A DNA stretch of 64,000 bases from Tubiluchus corallicola (taxonomy: Eukaryota > Animalia > Priapulida). The stretch spans positions 248,001-312,000 of the forward strand of contig JAQGDQ010000243.1 of assembly GCA_030141605.1 (NCBI GenBank). The letters are read 5' to 3'. Shown here one piece after another: positions 1 through 15,141 of this stretch (positions are counted from its first letter, which is position 1; the number at the start of each line of letters is the position of its first letter). Made by a program: the position numbers and the translations under genes. A model generated the notes under the pieces. It had not been told where the DNA came from, did not search any database, and saw only the letters and a list, made by a program, of their open reading frames with translations.

Positions 1-8
1 AAGTCTTC

Positions 9-507
9 AGATTGATGGTTTGTTACACTAGTTATATGTTTGCTGCATTTTAATGAATAATGAATAGCAACACTGTTCATTTTATTTGGACCACAGTTAA
101 GTAATTCAGTTGACTTGTTCCAAAATTCCTGCATCATGATGAAAAACACGTGATCTGTGTTACTGTGGCTAGATGTGTGGAGTTGTCTTCCGGATGTTTG
201 TTTTCCTGTTTCTACTCCATTCATGCATTCTCCGCAAATATTTATAGATTGATGATTTGTTACACTAGTTATATATTTGTTGCATTTTATTTGAACCACA
301 GTTCAGTAATTCAATTGACTTGTTCCAAAACTCCTGCGTCACGATGAAAAACAGTCACTTTGTGAATAACGTTGACAATTGTAGATGTTTTGCAGTGCCA
401 AATTTCACTAGGTGATCTATTACTGTGGCTAGATGTGTGGAATTGTCTTCCGCATGTTTGTTTTCCTGTGCTTCTACTCCATTCACGCATTCTCCGCAAA
501 ATTTATG
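9..507. repeat. Diverged ~240-bp tandem duplication (2 copies with indels)
   Basis: agattgat..tttgttacactagttatat...cattctccgcaaa occurs at ~9-247 and again at ~246-507. Confidence 0.8.
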
Positions 508-601
508 GAGCTGAACAAGTGTTGCTGTTATGTTATGTTATGTTATGTTACATATAACTTTATAACTTTGTAAATTTAAATTTGCTTTTTTTTTCTTTTA
601 G

Positions 602-2086
602 CTACTCTGTGTCATGATCCAGATGTGCTAAACGAAATCTTACAATTGTCGCAGCAGGAATGGCTGAAATATGAAGTTCCGAAGCTGTCGGCAAGTGAAC
701 GATTGAAAGTTAACTGTAAAATGGTTGGCCTCAAATTTTACCGATCCACGCCTGCAGATGGCAACTGTTTCTTCCATGCAGTAGCTGATGAACTCAATTT
801 ATTAAAACTGCCTAATAAAACTACTGCATACAGATTACGCTTACAGCTAGTAGAATTTCTCTGCCAGAATCCCACACTTCAGGTATGTGTCATACCTGCA
901 CAAATTGAACTGTGGTATTGTTTGTAAGGGGCTTCATAGTTTTAACCCAAAAACTTGAGTAAGTATACTCTTGACTCTACTCAGTTGTGTGGATAGAGTG
1001 CCACATTTTCAGGTGCATCAAGTTTCCTACTATATTACACTTTTTTGATGCTTATTTTTTTCTTTCCATACTCCTAGTTTTTAACTTTACTCACTAACCG
1101 TGGTCAAATTCCCCTGTTAATAAGACTACTACATATAATAATCCTAATTACTGAATAATTGTATTGTATTGTTTAGATTTAGGTATCTAACTTTATTATT
1201 TTTTGTTTCCAGTTCTTTTTGAATAATTTGTATCATTTATACTGTTTTTATTATTATTATTTTATTATTTGTTTTTGTTTTTGTTATCTGCAGCATCAAC
1301 GTTAATTTCTAATATACTAACCTATTTATAAGAAAGGGCAGGAGACTAGATGACTCTATGGTCCTTCCCTGCCCTGCTCCATGATTATAATTACTTAATA
1401 TTTAAAAAACTTTTGATGTTAAACTAATTGGAGAAAATAAATGTTCTATGTCTATGTCTATGTCTACTGCGTATTTTGGGGCCAGATGCACTAAAGTTCT
1501 TATGAACAATTTTCCGTGTAAGTTTATGTGTATGAATATTCTTACACTGCCCTTCCATTGGAGCGTCAGGCCAATTAAAGTGCCTAATTGGCCATTGTGA
1601 GGTGGACTCACGCTGTTGATTGGCATTTCCCAATTAGTATATTAACTGTAATGAGTTTGCATGCTGTGATTACATTATGACTAATCATAAAAAACAGAAT
1701 GAAACTTTAAAGTGAACCATCGTCAGTGTAGTAGGTGCTCATTTTGCTCAGTCTGTACACAAAATAACTACTATTCACTATAGACAGTTGTTTTTATTGC
1801 TTGCAGGGTCCAGACGGTGATATCTGTCTCAGTTCTTCTGTAGAAGATGATAACTGGGAACATTATTTAGCCAGAATGAAGCATTCCGGAGAATGGGCTG
1901 ATGCAGTTGCAGTAGTTGGTATGGCTCATATGCTGAAACACGACATACTAATTGTTACCAGTGCCCCATCCTCAACTGCAGAAGACTCTCCCATTGTGTG
2001 GATTGTAGGGGATTTTAACTTCTCGGGCCAGCCCTTACTGCTCGGACACATATTTGAAAACCATTATCAGGGCTTACAATTAGACG
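602..2086 (+). CDS. OTU-domain deubiquitinase-like protein, two internal exons (partial gene)
   Basis: Exons 602-882 (ttttag|...CAG|gtatgt) and 1807-2086 (ttgcag|...G|gtaagt) join in frame. They carry the OTU catalytic motif PADGNCFFHAV, W..YL.RM...GEWAD and the His motif ENHYQ. Other exons not resolved. Confidence 0.8.
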
Positions 2087-2387
2087 GTAAGTGGAGCTGG
2101 ATAAATATGTTTTCTAGAAAGGGATTGCTCGCATCAGGAATTGCAACGCTGGGTAAGTTGGTAAGAGGATTACAATACATGTCAAGTTATGGTTGATTTG
2201 GAACAATGAGCGTATAATTTACGAATTAAATCAGGTATGGCCAAAACGTGACTGAAAACTAACTCGCTTATGGTATATTTATAAATATGGAAAATACATG
2301 CTAAATGGCATGAAGAAGTAGTAAATTTCCTGTACATGATGTTCTAACCTAAATTTACTACCTGCTAGAAACATATAAGCTTGTTGT

Positions 2388-2582
2388 TAGAAATGTGCTC
2401 TCGAATCCCAAGCTAATAATCAAGTACTATAAGTACTGTTAGTGCCGACAGGCCAAACATGAGTTTTTGCTGGGTCTTCCTTGTAGAAATGTGCTCTTGA
2501 ATCCCAAGCTAATAATGAAGTATTATAAGTACTGTTAGTGCCGACAGCCCAAACATGAGTTTTTGTTGGGTCTTCCTTGTAG
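2388..2582. repeat. 96-bp tandem duplication
   Basis: tagaaatgtgctct...gggtcttccttg starts at 2388 and at 2484. Confidence 0.85.
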
Positions 2583-3157
2583 GCAATAAAGAAGTTCTTT
2601 AACTACATAGTGCAGTGATTAATACCATTGTTCAAGTCTCAAATAAAAAAATAGCAATAACTGTTTCTGCTTTGCAAATATCTAATATTTTTCATATTAC
2701 TATACGTTTTTTATATCTATTTCACTGCTGTGCAATTAATGTTTGATTGTTATTCTTAATTTATTTTACATTCACTTAAAAATTTAATAATGTAACTGTC
2801 ATCCAGCACTTTATATTCGCAATTTTTGAAGAGTATGATTGTTAATGTGGTCTATACAGTGTACACATCAATTGCCTTACATGTATTTAAGTACTTTTAC
2901 TAAATTTTCACCTCTATTCATTAAAATTAGCTGGAACTGGAATATTTGTTAAAATTAATTAAGCTGATACTAACTGCGATAAATTAGAATCTTATTATCG
3001 GCAAATGCTGCTAATTAATGTAATGGCGCTCATTATTTTGAAGACATTTGTTTCTATTTTTACAATTTATATTTGAAAAATAAAAACTATATTAGGATGT
3101 CTATGAAATCGGCCTTCACCCATGCATGCATGTAAACCACTCTTGTAAACAGTGCTT

Positions 3158-3275
3158 GTTTATGGCCATATCACGTTGAAAACACCGGTTCTCGTCTGAT
3201 CACCGAAGTTAAGCAACGTAGAGCCTGGTTAGTACTTGGATGGATGACCGCCTAGGAATACCAGATGCTGTAGGC
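3158..3275 (+). pseudogene. 5S rRNA-like sequence (SINE head, not a functional 5S gene)
   Basis: gtttatggccatatcacgttgaaaacaccggttctcgtctgatcaccgaagttaagcaacg...ttagtacttggatggatgaccgcctaggaataccagatgctgtaggc resembles animal 5S rRNA with several substitutions. Confidence 0.85.
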
Positions 3276-3679
3276 CTGCGGGATGCCCACACTGTATCTT
3301 GACACTAGGCGGAAGAGCTGCACGAGCAGTCAATGGCTAGAGGGCGGAGGAGGTCAAGTGACCCAACGGCCATGTGTAGGGGAGTAAACCTTCAAAATCG
3401 GGAGTGGAGCCCCGAAGGCGGACCAGTGCAGCATGCTCACTGACTCCGGCAGTTCCTGCAGCCAACCTGGTGCCACATGTATCGCTCGGCTTTCCTTTGG
3501 ACTACACACCAGGGAGGAAGAGAGGGGGTTCCTGTAGTCTGGGCATCTCAGAATCTCCATACACCTTGCCCAGGCATGCGCCCTGGAGACGTTCAAGGAT
3601 CGGACTGTTCAGCCATAGTCGACACTGCAGCTCCATTGGCGCACACTCCATTGTCTTCCAAGACAGAAGAATGCCAATA
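3158..3679 (+). mobile_element. 5S rRNA-derived SINE (SINE3-type), copy 1
   Basis: A full 5S-like head (3158-3275) runs without a T-run terminator into a ~400-bp GC-rich body shared with 50613-51108. TSD aaacagtgctt at 3147-3157 and 3680-3690. Confidence 0.85.
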
Positions 3680-6583
3680 AAACAGTGCTTGAATTGTGAA
3701 ATTTTAAGATGATGAACGTGAATGGGGGGGGGGGGGGCTAGCTCAGGTGAGCAACCCTCACAAAAAATTTTGTGCATAGATCGTACATGTTAAACTATAC
3801 TTTCTATAAAAGTTTGGCATTGTAACAAGCCAAGTAGAAGCACCGTTGACTTCTGAGACAAACAACAGTGATTAGTACAAATCAGTATACAAAAATCTCT
3901 GTATTTTAGCAAAGTTTCCTTTCATCGCATATCCTCAGTTTAAGCACTTCTTATAAGTAGAGCTACAAGTGTGATGCGTACAAGAATCCATGAGAACAAA
4001 ATGTTTAATATCATCCAATATTTCAAAAATGTCTAATGTCATCCAATATTTCATAAATTATCAAAAATTAATATTAATATCATTAATTGTACTTGACTGC
4101 ATAGTGTTGCAAGTTAGTAAAGCTACTTTATTTTTCACAAAAAATGTAAAATTTAGACTTATAACTGTTTTGAGAAATACATATTAGACTTGAAAATTTT
4201 GACTATTTCTTATATACACAGGCTTATAAGCAAGCTATGCGACCAGTTATAAATCTCTAAACTGTGCATGATGCTTTTTCTTCCCTTCCTGGTTTACTGC
4301 CTTCTACTAATAGTCTCAAATACCCTGCTTAATTCAAGCTGTATCTTACTTTCTAATAGTAATTATTTATTGCTACACTGCTTACTCTAGATCATTGCCA
4401 TATTTTGCCAATGATGTGCACACAGTCGCTTGTACCCGAAGTCGGACTAAAAAACAAAAGTTCCATTATTGTGTATTGCTAGAACCATAAATATTGGTCC
4501 CTTATCAACTCTGCAGAAAATTCAAAAAACGTTTTTATTACAATAGCAGTAATATCTTTTAACAGAAAACAAAATAATGTATCTCCATAACTACTGTATA
4601 TAAACGCATATGCATACATACAGAATACAAGTGTGGACAGTGGACACCCTGATCAAGTATTTCATAGAGGGGAATCGGGAAAGGGCATGCTGCATTGGTT
4701 TTACATCTCATAACACATGAGAGCTAGTATTGCAGCGACTAATTCTATGGATGCAGATGATAAACATACGGGGAACTATGGCCTATCACTATACACAGAT
4801 AGATTTGAAGGAAGTTAATTAATCACACAATTTAGTCATCAAATTCAAAAGTTTAAACAAGTTAACAACAGCAACAGGGCCGGTTTCAACTGGTGCATGG
4901 CCTATAGCACACTGTACACCGTAAGGAGGCCCAAAACACAAAAATATGTGGGGTTTCCTCTTCGTCATAACAATGCCCAATCTCAAAGCCGATAGTTGAT
5001 GACAGCTGATAAGAAAAAACATGCCAATCGTAACCTCAGTAAGTTACCTTCTGCTTAAGTAAAAGGTATCTTACCTATAAAGTAATCAAAACAGACCGCA
5101 ATAAGCGACTTGTGATTTGTGGCCTTGATATGTGTTACTTGAAAATACTGACGATTGAATGCAGTTCTTGACACATAAACATTGTCACCAGATGCCTCTT
5201 TTATCAGCCGGCTTGCAAGCATTTAGTGTGTGTCAGCTGGGGCCTGTCGCATATACACTACTTTTGCTACTCTGTTCATCCATTCCTGGGCAACAGAAAG
5301 TTCAGCAATGACAAGAAATAACAATATTAACAAAGCTAATAACTGAGGTTAATAGGAAACAATAAATGTTTGCAAAGTTCATATTTGCCCACTTTGTGTC
5401 CATGTTTTTTAAAGCAGTCCTTCAAAGCAAGCAGTTTGTACAGCAGTAGCAATGCATCTTGTGCAGTTAAATTCAACAATGACTCCAAATATCAGAGTAA
5501 CTACTGCAGGTAATCAGTTTTTGCCCAGCAAGTAGAATTGAAGCAAGACGCAATGTTATTTACGTGATTACATCATTAAGATGAAATCAATCATGATTGG
5601 AAAGCAAATAAAAAATACCTGTTGCCACCATGGGTACGATTCTGCAAATTGGCTGATCTGCTTCTTGGTCAGTAAGTTACTTTAAAAATGTTTTGAAAAT
5701 GAATATTGCTAAATATGTATGAATATGTATGTATGTATAACCAAATTCTCATGAATGTTGTAATTGCATCTCAAAAAAATATATACTTGTGTAGAATTTT
5801 GAATGTGTAATCATAATCGCAGTATATTTTAATCGATCAATGATGTCAAATGGATCAATGATGTGTTTATTCTAATGTGTGCAACTATATATATTTTGAT
5901 CCTTTATATATATATATATTTGAACCAAACTGATACATATTTTGAATTTATAGGCTACCGAGATATTTTGAACATATTGTCATTTCTTGTGTATAGCATT
6001 CTAAGTGACATTTTATAATAGGGGGATTCCTACACCTTAACAAAATGTGAATTGATAATGCATTTAATTATCACTGCCAATAGATAAACAAATCATATCA
6101 AGCATGGTGCTGTTCATTAAGCAAATATTTAAATATACAACCTGTTAAACAATGTGAATAACGCCTAATAATAATGTTGCATAACCATAATGTCAGAAGT
6201 CAGAATTAGTAAATGTAGGACGATACGTGGCAACATGTTACGGCTTACAAAGACGTAGTTATTACAAAATTTCAATTCTTTTCTTTACTTGATCTATACA
6301 ACTATAGAGTCTGCAATGAAAAGGAACTGGTATTTTGGTCCTAAGCCTTGCTGCAAATATTTCTTCATGCAAACAACTTAAATATATATATATATATATA
6401 TCCATATATATATATTTATCCATTCACTTAACAAGAGAACATTTACACAAATAGCACCATATTAACAGTCCATTGTTTTTGAAAAATTACGCATGCTTAA
6501 AGAATTTACAACCAACTACCTAGGTGTAGAGCATAATTCTATACAGCCAAACGGTCAAATGTTAACTAAAAAATTATTAAATA

Positions 6584-7228
6584 CTAACTTGATTTTTTCC
6601 CTTTCTCAAAATGTTTATTTCGAGCAATGGCAATTAAAGCGATGGCACTGACAGTTAATGCAGGAATATTTGGCAAACAGATGTAAAAGTCATTCAACGC
6701 TAGTCCATAACTTAACCACAAACCTCCAACAAATAAAGATATTAAAGTTAACAGAAAATTGCCTTCGAAAGCCTCGCATTTTACAAGTGAGCGTACTGCA
6801 TGTGGCAGTGGTATCATGAAACTTATTCCAATCAACGAAGAACCTAACAGTCCAGCAAGATTAGCAATTTTCTTCTGTTCGTGCAATACTGTGTGCATGT
6901 ATACATAAACCAGCCCAAGGGCCGTCCAAGCAGTTATGCAGTACAACAGTGACGGAGTCTTTTCTTTAGTGAAATACAAGAAAATGAAGATATAAGCAAC
7001 GTGAAGAACAATTCCAGAAATGTTCAAATAGAATATAATGTTGTCTTTTATTAGATATCCATAGTAGGCCATGAGTGTAGTGTTCACTGAAGCAAATAAG
7101 AATTGTAAAAAAGGAAATTTCTTTGAGTCCTGATGCTGCACCACATCAACACAGATTGGTATTCCACAAGCAAAAAGACAAAATGTCACTATTGTCGCTA
7201 GCCATCCTACGACTTCATATGGTTCCAT
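6584..7228 (-). CDS. SWEET/MtN3 sugar transporter (SLC50A1-like), intronless CDS
   Basis: 214-aa 7-TM protein with two MtN3 repeats: FPFLQF, YYGYLIKD..IFYLNISG, LWLSYGLALNDFYICLPN. Probable ATG at 7228. Candidate 5'UTR exons at ~7332-7444 and near 8603-8650. Confidence 0.9.
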   Translation of the reverse strand: MEPYEVVGWLATIVTFCLFACGIPICVDVVQHQDSKKFPFLQFLFASVNTTLMAYYGYLIKDNIIFYLNISGIVLHVAYIFIFLYFTKEKTPSLLYCITAWTALGLVYVYMHTVLHEQKKIANLAGLLGSSLIGISFMIPLPHAVRSLVKCEAFEGNFLLTLISLFVGGLWLSYGLALNDFYICLPNIPALTVSAIALIAIARNKHFEKGKKSS

Positions 7229-8843
7229 TGTCACAAGTTAAATTTTTTATCAAAAGTTAACATTAGCAAAACCAGATGTTATCTAAGACGAGATTTGCTA
7301 ATTTGTACTAATTCACCTAAATGTTATTAACCTGCACCACTCCTTTCAAGTTCTTGTTGAACTTGAAGATTCTGCTTTCGCTGTAAGTGTAATATGCTTA
7401 TGATATATCAGCATTAGCTGCCCTGAGAGCAGCTCCAAGAGCACCTAAAATAAAGCAACACATTTAGTGGAAATGAAAACCAGACAAACGGTTGTGTTCA
7501 TTACCTAAAGCATACATTCAAACATTAGCTATATTGCGAACACTTGTAAAGTTTCCCACAAAACTCCACATCATTTACTGTATTCTAGAGAAACTACATA
7601 ATAGTTAGTCTCACAGGATTTAAAATGACAATTGGAAATTTGTTTTAATGTGAATATAATATATACTTAAAAATGCTATTAACGTAAATCTTGAAATTAC
7701 TTTTCTAAAACTTTAAAAAATCATTGCTTATTCTTTCAGCTTGTTTTCTCACTAGTTTAATCAGCTATTATTTCGAAAACTTACTTTAAAAACCTTTTCC
7801 TTGTCCTTCAAACACCTTTTCTCATTATCACTTGTTCTCTCTTTGACACACTGTATTATTTTTCAACGTCCTACCATCTGTTTATACCTATAATTCAACA
7901 TGGTAACACCTTGTGCTGTAAGCCCTGTTATGGAAAACAAGACCAATGGTGGGTCTATTGGCAATGCAATTCTACCTTGAAATAAACGACAACCTAGCAC
8001 AACTTATTGCCACACCATTTCAATTACCTAGCCAAGTACTCTGCCATTGCCATGCCAGACCAGAAATTGTTTCCCTAATTACTCTGTCATCACTAGTTCC
8101 TCAATATTGTCAGTTATTCATAACCTAAAATTCCTATACTCTTTACTGTTAAAAACACTACTAATAGCCAAAATTTACAACATAGTACATTATGAAAACT
8201 TGGATTTGGTTTCACTGAAAATAAATGAAACCCTGGCACAGCTCATTCTGATTAACCAAGTACCTACCTAATTCAACTAAGGCGTATTGTATGATGAAAG
8301 ATTTTCATATCTCGCAACCCTTGACGTGCTGGCTGACATATTTGCTGAATGTCTAATGGTTAATACAAGCATAATATAATTATGTGTACAGCTACGACTA
8401 TAACTATAGTATAAGCAATACTACTGCAGCGCTTACAGCATTCAGATGTGCAGTCATAATCTTTCTTGCCATATGAACAAGCAACTGCCATTAAGACTGC
8501 GAAATCTGTCAACACTGCTTCAACTGCTTTCAGATCCTTGTTCAATTCTGCTTACGGTGTTAAACATAAATTATTACTGCAACTGACTCTAAAACAACGT
8601 AACCTGGTTGAAGGTGGAGTAGAGACCGGGAGAACCAGACGTATATAATCGTACATTAATGTACTCGAGCAAAAATTATAACCGACAACAATTAGTTAAT
8701 CCAGTAAAATGATTTTGAGATAACTGTTATTTACAATATGTGAAAGATATAATTATTATACGCAATCGCCAAAGTCAAGGGAATCAAGTTGTGGGAGTTA
8801 TTTGTCATTTTTACAACTGGTGTCTCGTGTTTATGGTATAAAT

Positions 8844-8856
8844 GTTCTCTTGTTTC
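8844..8856 (+). promoter_or_regulatory. TCT / 5'TOP-like polypyrimidine initiator of RPS28
   Basis: ttctcttgtttcc about 40 nt upstream of the ATG, typical of ribosomal protein genes. Confidence 0.55.
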
Positions 8857-8890
8857 CTAATGGTGGCGTAAAAGTATCTAAAACAGTAAA

Positions 8891-11430
<2,540 letters not shown>

Positions 11431-11896
11431 CAGGGTATGTATAGGATGCAAACACCATCAAATATTCTTACTATCTCTTGATTAGTCTACATTTTAAAAA
11501 ATTTTAACATAAATAATTAAATAATTCCTCCTTCTCTAGCTGGTCCGGATAGCACCCTGAATCGAGATTGTCAGTTTTGCTCACTGTACATGTTTACATT
11601 ACTTTTTGCCTTCCTGTCATAGCTTAATAGGTATAATTTTAAGTGTTCCCATATCAGTTCTTATACATTGGTGTATTACAAAAGTAATGGAAAATCTAGG
11701 GAAGCTGTCAAATCTCTTTATGCCGCCCACTTTGGGACTCCAGAAAAAATTGCCATTAAGCGAGTTTGGCATTATGAAGGGGGCGTGTTATAAATTTGAA
11801 CATTATATTAATATCGTAATCACACCTTCGTATTCTAAAAACAACTAAGTAAAATTAACAGTGAAACATGAATCTACATAGATCCTTATTAATGTA

Positions 11897-12666
11897 CAGT
11901 CAACCTCGGGTGTAAGGTACTCACCTATAAGGGACCACCAACACCGGTCCCGATTTTTCGTAACGTTCCTATGTAAAAAATCTTTGTATATAAGGTACTC
12001 GGATATAAGGGACTTTCGGTTATAAGGGACGATATCTTCAGGTCCCGCATAATAGAAACCCAGGTAAATTACCTCGCATATAAGGGACCCTATGAGCAAA
12101 TATTTTTTACATCCTAAAACGGCTATGCCGAGACCCCGCGCAGGCCCGACTGTATTCCCTTGGACCTGGTAGTTCGTGTGATGCACCTCAGCCAATCACA
12201 ATGTCCCTTATAAATTATGCGGTAGGTGGTGATTGGCCGATGAGCTGATCAGCAAGAACAATGAGATTTACAACTTTCTGGGTAATTTTTTTGTAAACAA
12301 ATGAATAGCAATCAAACTTGGGAGTAAAATTGTTGATTACATCGGAGTAAAAATGTCCTAAAGGCTCTGCTTATACATTTGCATAAACATTATTAGCATA
12401 ACTACCAGTAGTAAAATGGCTTGTAATTGGGATGAGTTTGAATAAACATCGATTTTTGTGTTCAGTTCAAGACGATTGGGTGTGTTTGCATTAAATCGGT
12501 ATATTACATACATTGCGACAAACGGTTCATTGGGCATTAGGATACCAGATGAAGTATATAGAGCTTGTAGGTCTAGATACACCCTCGGTCTGACTCAGGT
12601 TTGGCTATTAGGGGCATTGGACGTTTTTTCCGGTCCTGAGGTGTCCCTTATATCCGAGGCTGACTG
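11897..12666. mobile_element. Tc1/mariner (Tigger/pogo-like) MITE in the RPS28 3'UTR intron
   Basis: TA|cagtcaacctcgg...ccttatatccgaggctgactg TIRs; internal tataagggac repeats. Confidence 0.75.
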
Positions 12667-13198
12667 TGGTTTGCATCATCTTGTTTTAATAGTTGGAACT
12701 CGATTATCATTTTGATTTTTTTTCCGTTTTTTTGCAACAACACATTCAGTGTACATATTAACTTGTATATCTTAACAAAGCTGTGTTAAATTTGCATTGC
12801 TTTGATCCACGTACATGGTCATCTAGCACCATTAGTGCTAAGGGGAACAATACTAAATGCAGTTCTAGTTATGTTCCTTTGCACTGTGTCAATTTAAAAT
12901 AATTTTCTGGAGCCTTCCAGAGAGAAGTTGAAGTATTATTTTTTAATACAATCTCAGAATTTCAAACAGTGCTGATGAAAATTGTAGTTGTGCATTGTAG
13001 CAAATAGTACGTCCGCATTCCAGCTTAGCAACAGCAACTTTCACTAACTCCATTTCGGGAAACCCTTCTTGTTCGTCCGCAGTTTTCTTCAGTGTATCGT
13101 TGATGTAAGAGATATGCAACCATGAGCTATTTAGACCATTGCCATTTAATAAGTTCCAGACTTTCATCTTCTTATATGTAACTCATTTCATTTTACAG

Positions 13199-13300
13199 GA
13201 ATTTGATTGGTTAAAGCCACAAAATGGACGAAATGACATGGACATATAAAAAAGCATTACTATGTATCATTAAATAAACTACCGTGTACATTATCAATCT
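13199..13300 (+). other. Non-coding last exon of RPS28 with poly(A) signal
   Basis: Donor gtatgt at 11435, 4 nt after the stop; acceptor tttcattttacag|13199; AATAAA at ~13274 and ~13338. Confidence 0.65.
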
Positions 13301-15141
13301 TGCTGTTATGTCGTGTTTTCCTTAGTTTTTGGTGTTGAATAAAAATGGCATCGTACTAGATTTCGTGGACCATTATTGCCCAAAATAAAAATTGCAGAAA
13401 GAACATAATCTGTTATTTTCTGTATAATCTGTTTGTCTTGGATATGCAATATTTAGTTCATTACTAAGTGGATTCACAGCTAATCACGCAACTACCCTTT
13501 ATACTGAAAGTAATGGCAAACAGAAACATCAAATGGAATGTAAAAGTTACAATAAAAAATGAAAATCCTTTCAATATAGTTTGCAAGCACCTGCAAGTGG
13601 AATAAATTAATGTAAAACTGTGAACTTGGATTATACACCTATAATGAATAAGCCAATTTTTAATGAAAAATCTTCTCAAGTACAGAGTGTAACAGAAATG
13701 ATGCTAAATTTTTTAAAAAAAATCTTCACATGACTAATAAATATTTCAAATAAAATTTTATCACTTAGTTTTTCAAGACAGTGCTTTTCGTCCCTTGTTA
13801 TGATTCCATCTATCATGTAACCGCCTCACTATTACCGCTAGTTGGGTGAAATAATTTTGAATTCCCTCATTCGCACACCCCCTCCTACACATTATCTTAC
13901 TGGCAGTGCTGTAGCAGCCATGTTGACTTGGTGATATTCATACGTTTAAAGTCACGTGAAATAACAATTTAACCAGGAACTTCAATTGCTAAATTTTAAA
14001 GTAAACACGTGCAACGTTTAATGGCAAACTATTTCGACACAATTTTCTTACCCAAAATTCTAGGTACAAGACCCACTGCAAATTGCTGCCATGCAAGTGT
14101 GCAGTATGGCATTAGCACTGAGTTGAAATCAACTAGCAAGCTATCAGACCTACATTAGGTACACAAGAATGAATGCAATGACCTAGGACAGATATGCACC
14201 TTGGTGCGAGAATTCTCTCAAAGAAAGTAGGACATCAGAGGCACCATCTTCTGAGACATGGTGCCATTTGTGTCAAATGATAAAACAAGTATTCACTTAT
14301 ATCAGAACACTTATGATATGAAACCACAATAATTATTTCAACTTTATGTAAAACCAAACAAGTCATCGTGTGAAGTTAAAAGTTATTGTTCTCCAACAAA
14401 ATAATCTCATTAAAATAGAAAGCTGGTGAGCTTCCGCTGTACAATTCAACGAAGATCTATATATAACTAATTATTAAAAGTAATCACACAATTAAAAAAC
14501 TGTAGAAAATGCAAGTACACAATGTATAGTGCAAGGTACACAATGAATCTAGTTACACTGGAAGTTATTCCAGAGAGAATGCAAGTGACTGTCTGCAATA
14601 TACAAGTGACTCCAAATACCTAGTGCACAGAGTGAAAAAGATTGGAAGTAATTGATACAAACACCAGATAAAAGAAAATCATATAAACAAAATATTACCA
14701 AGAGTGTGAGAAATGTGTAACAAGTCACCTTTAGAAATGCAAAGAGTTATGAAGTGTAAGCAAAGCAAAGTTCCACAATCATGAATCGAAAAAGATCGGC
14801 AATCATTATATGTAATATAAAATAATAAAACGATAACAAAATTATGTTGATAACAGCAGCCCATTTGTAAACCTGTGACTGTTGTTTTACGTTATGTGGA
14901 CGTACTACAAGTGAAACTTTCCAGAAATTAACCATTTAGTCTTTTCAGTGTTACGTGCACTGATAGTTAAACGACGCAACTCTAGAATTAAGAAAGTCTT
15001 CAAAAGAATTGGTCCGTCCATGCGTACAAAGTTAAATGTAACTCATCTGTACAATTGTTACACCACAATGTATTGCTGAACTACTAGTAGTCTTATATGG
15101 AACTTGATCTGTGATTGCACTGAAAATGTCTCACACTAAAG

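Noticed and set aside
3158-3275. Functional 5S rRNA gene
   Set aside because: No oligo-T terminator, several substitutions, and fused to a TSD-flanked body that recurs elsewhere
3354-3777. Overlapping ORFs here and at 50667-50903
   Set aside because: By-products of the GC-rich SINE body; frames are not conserved between the two copies
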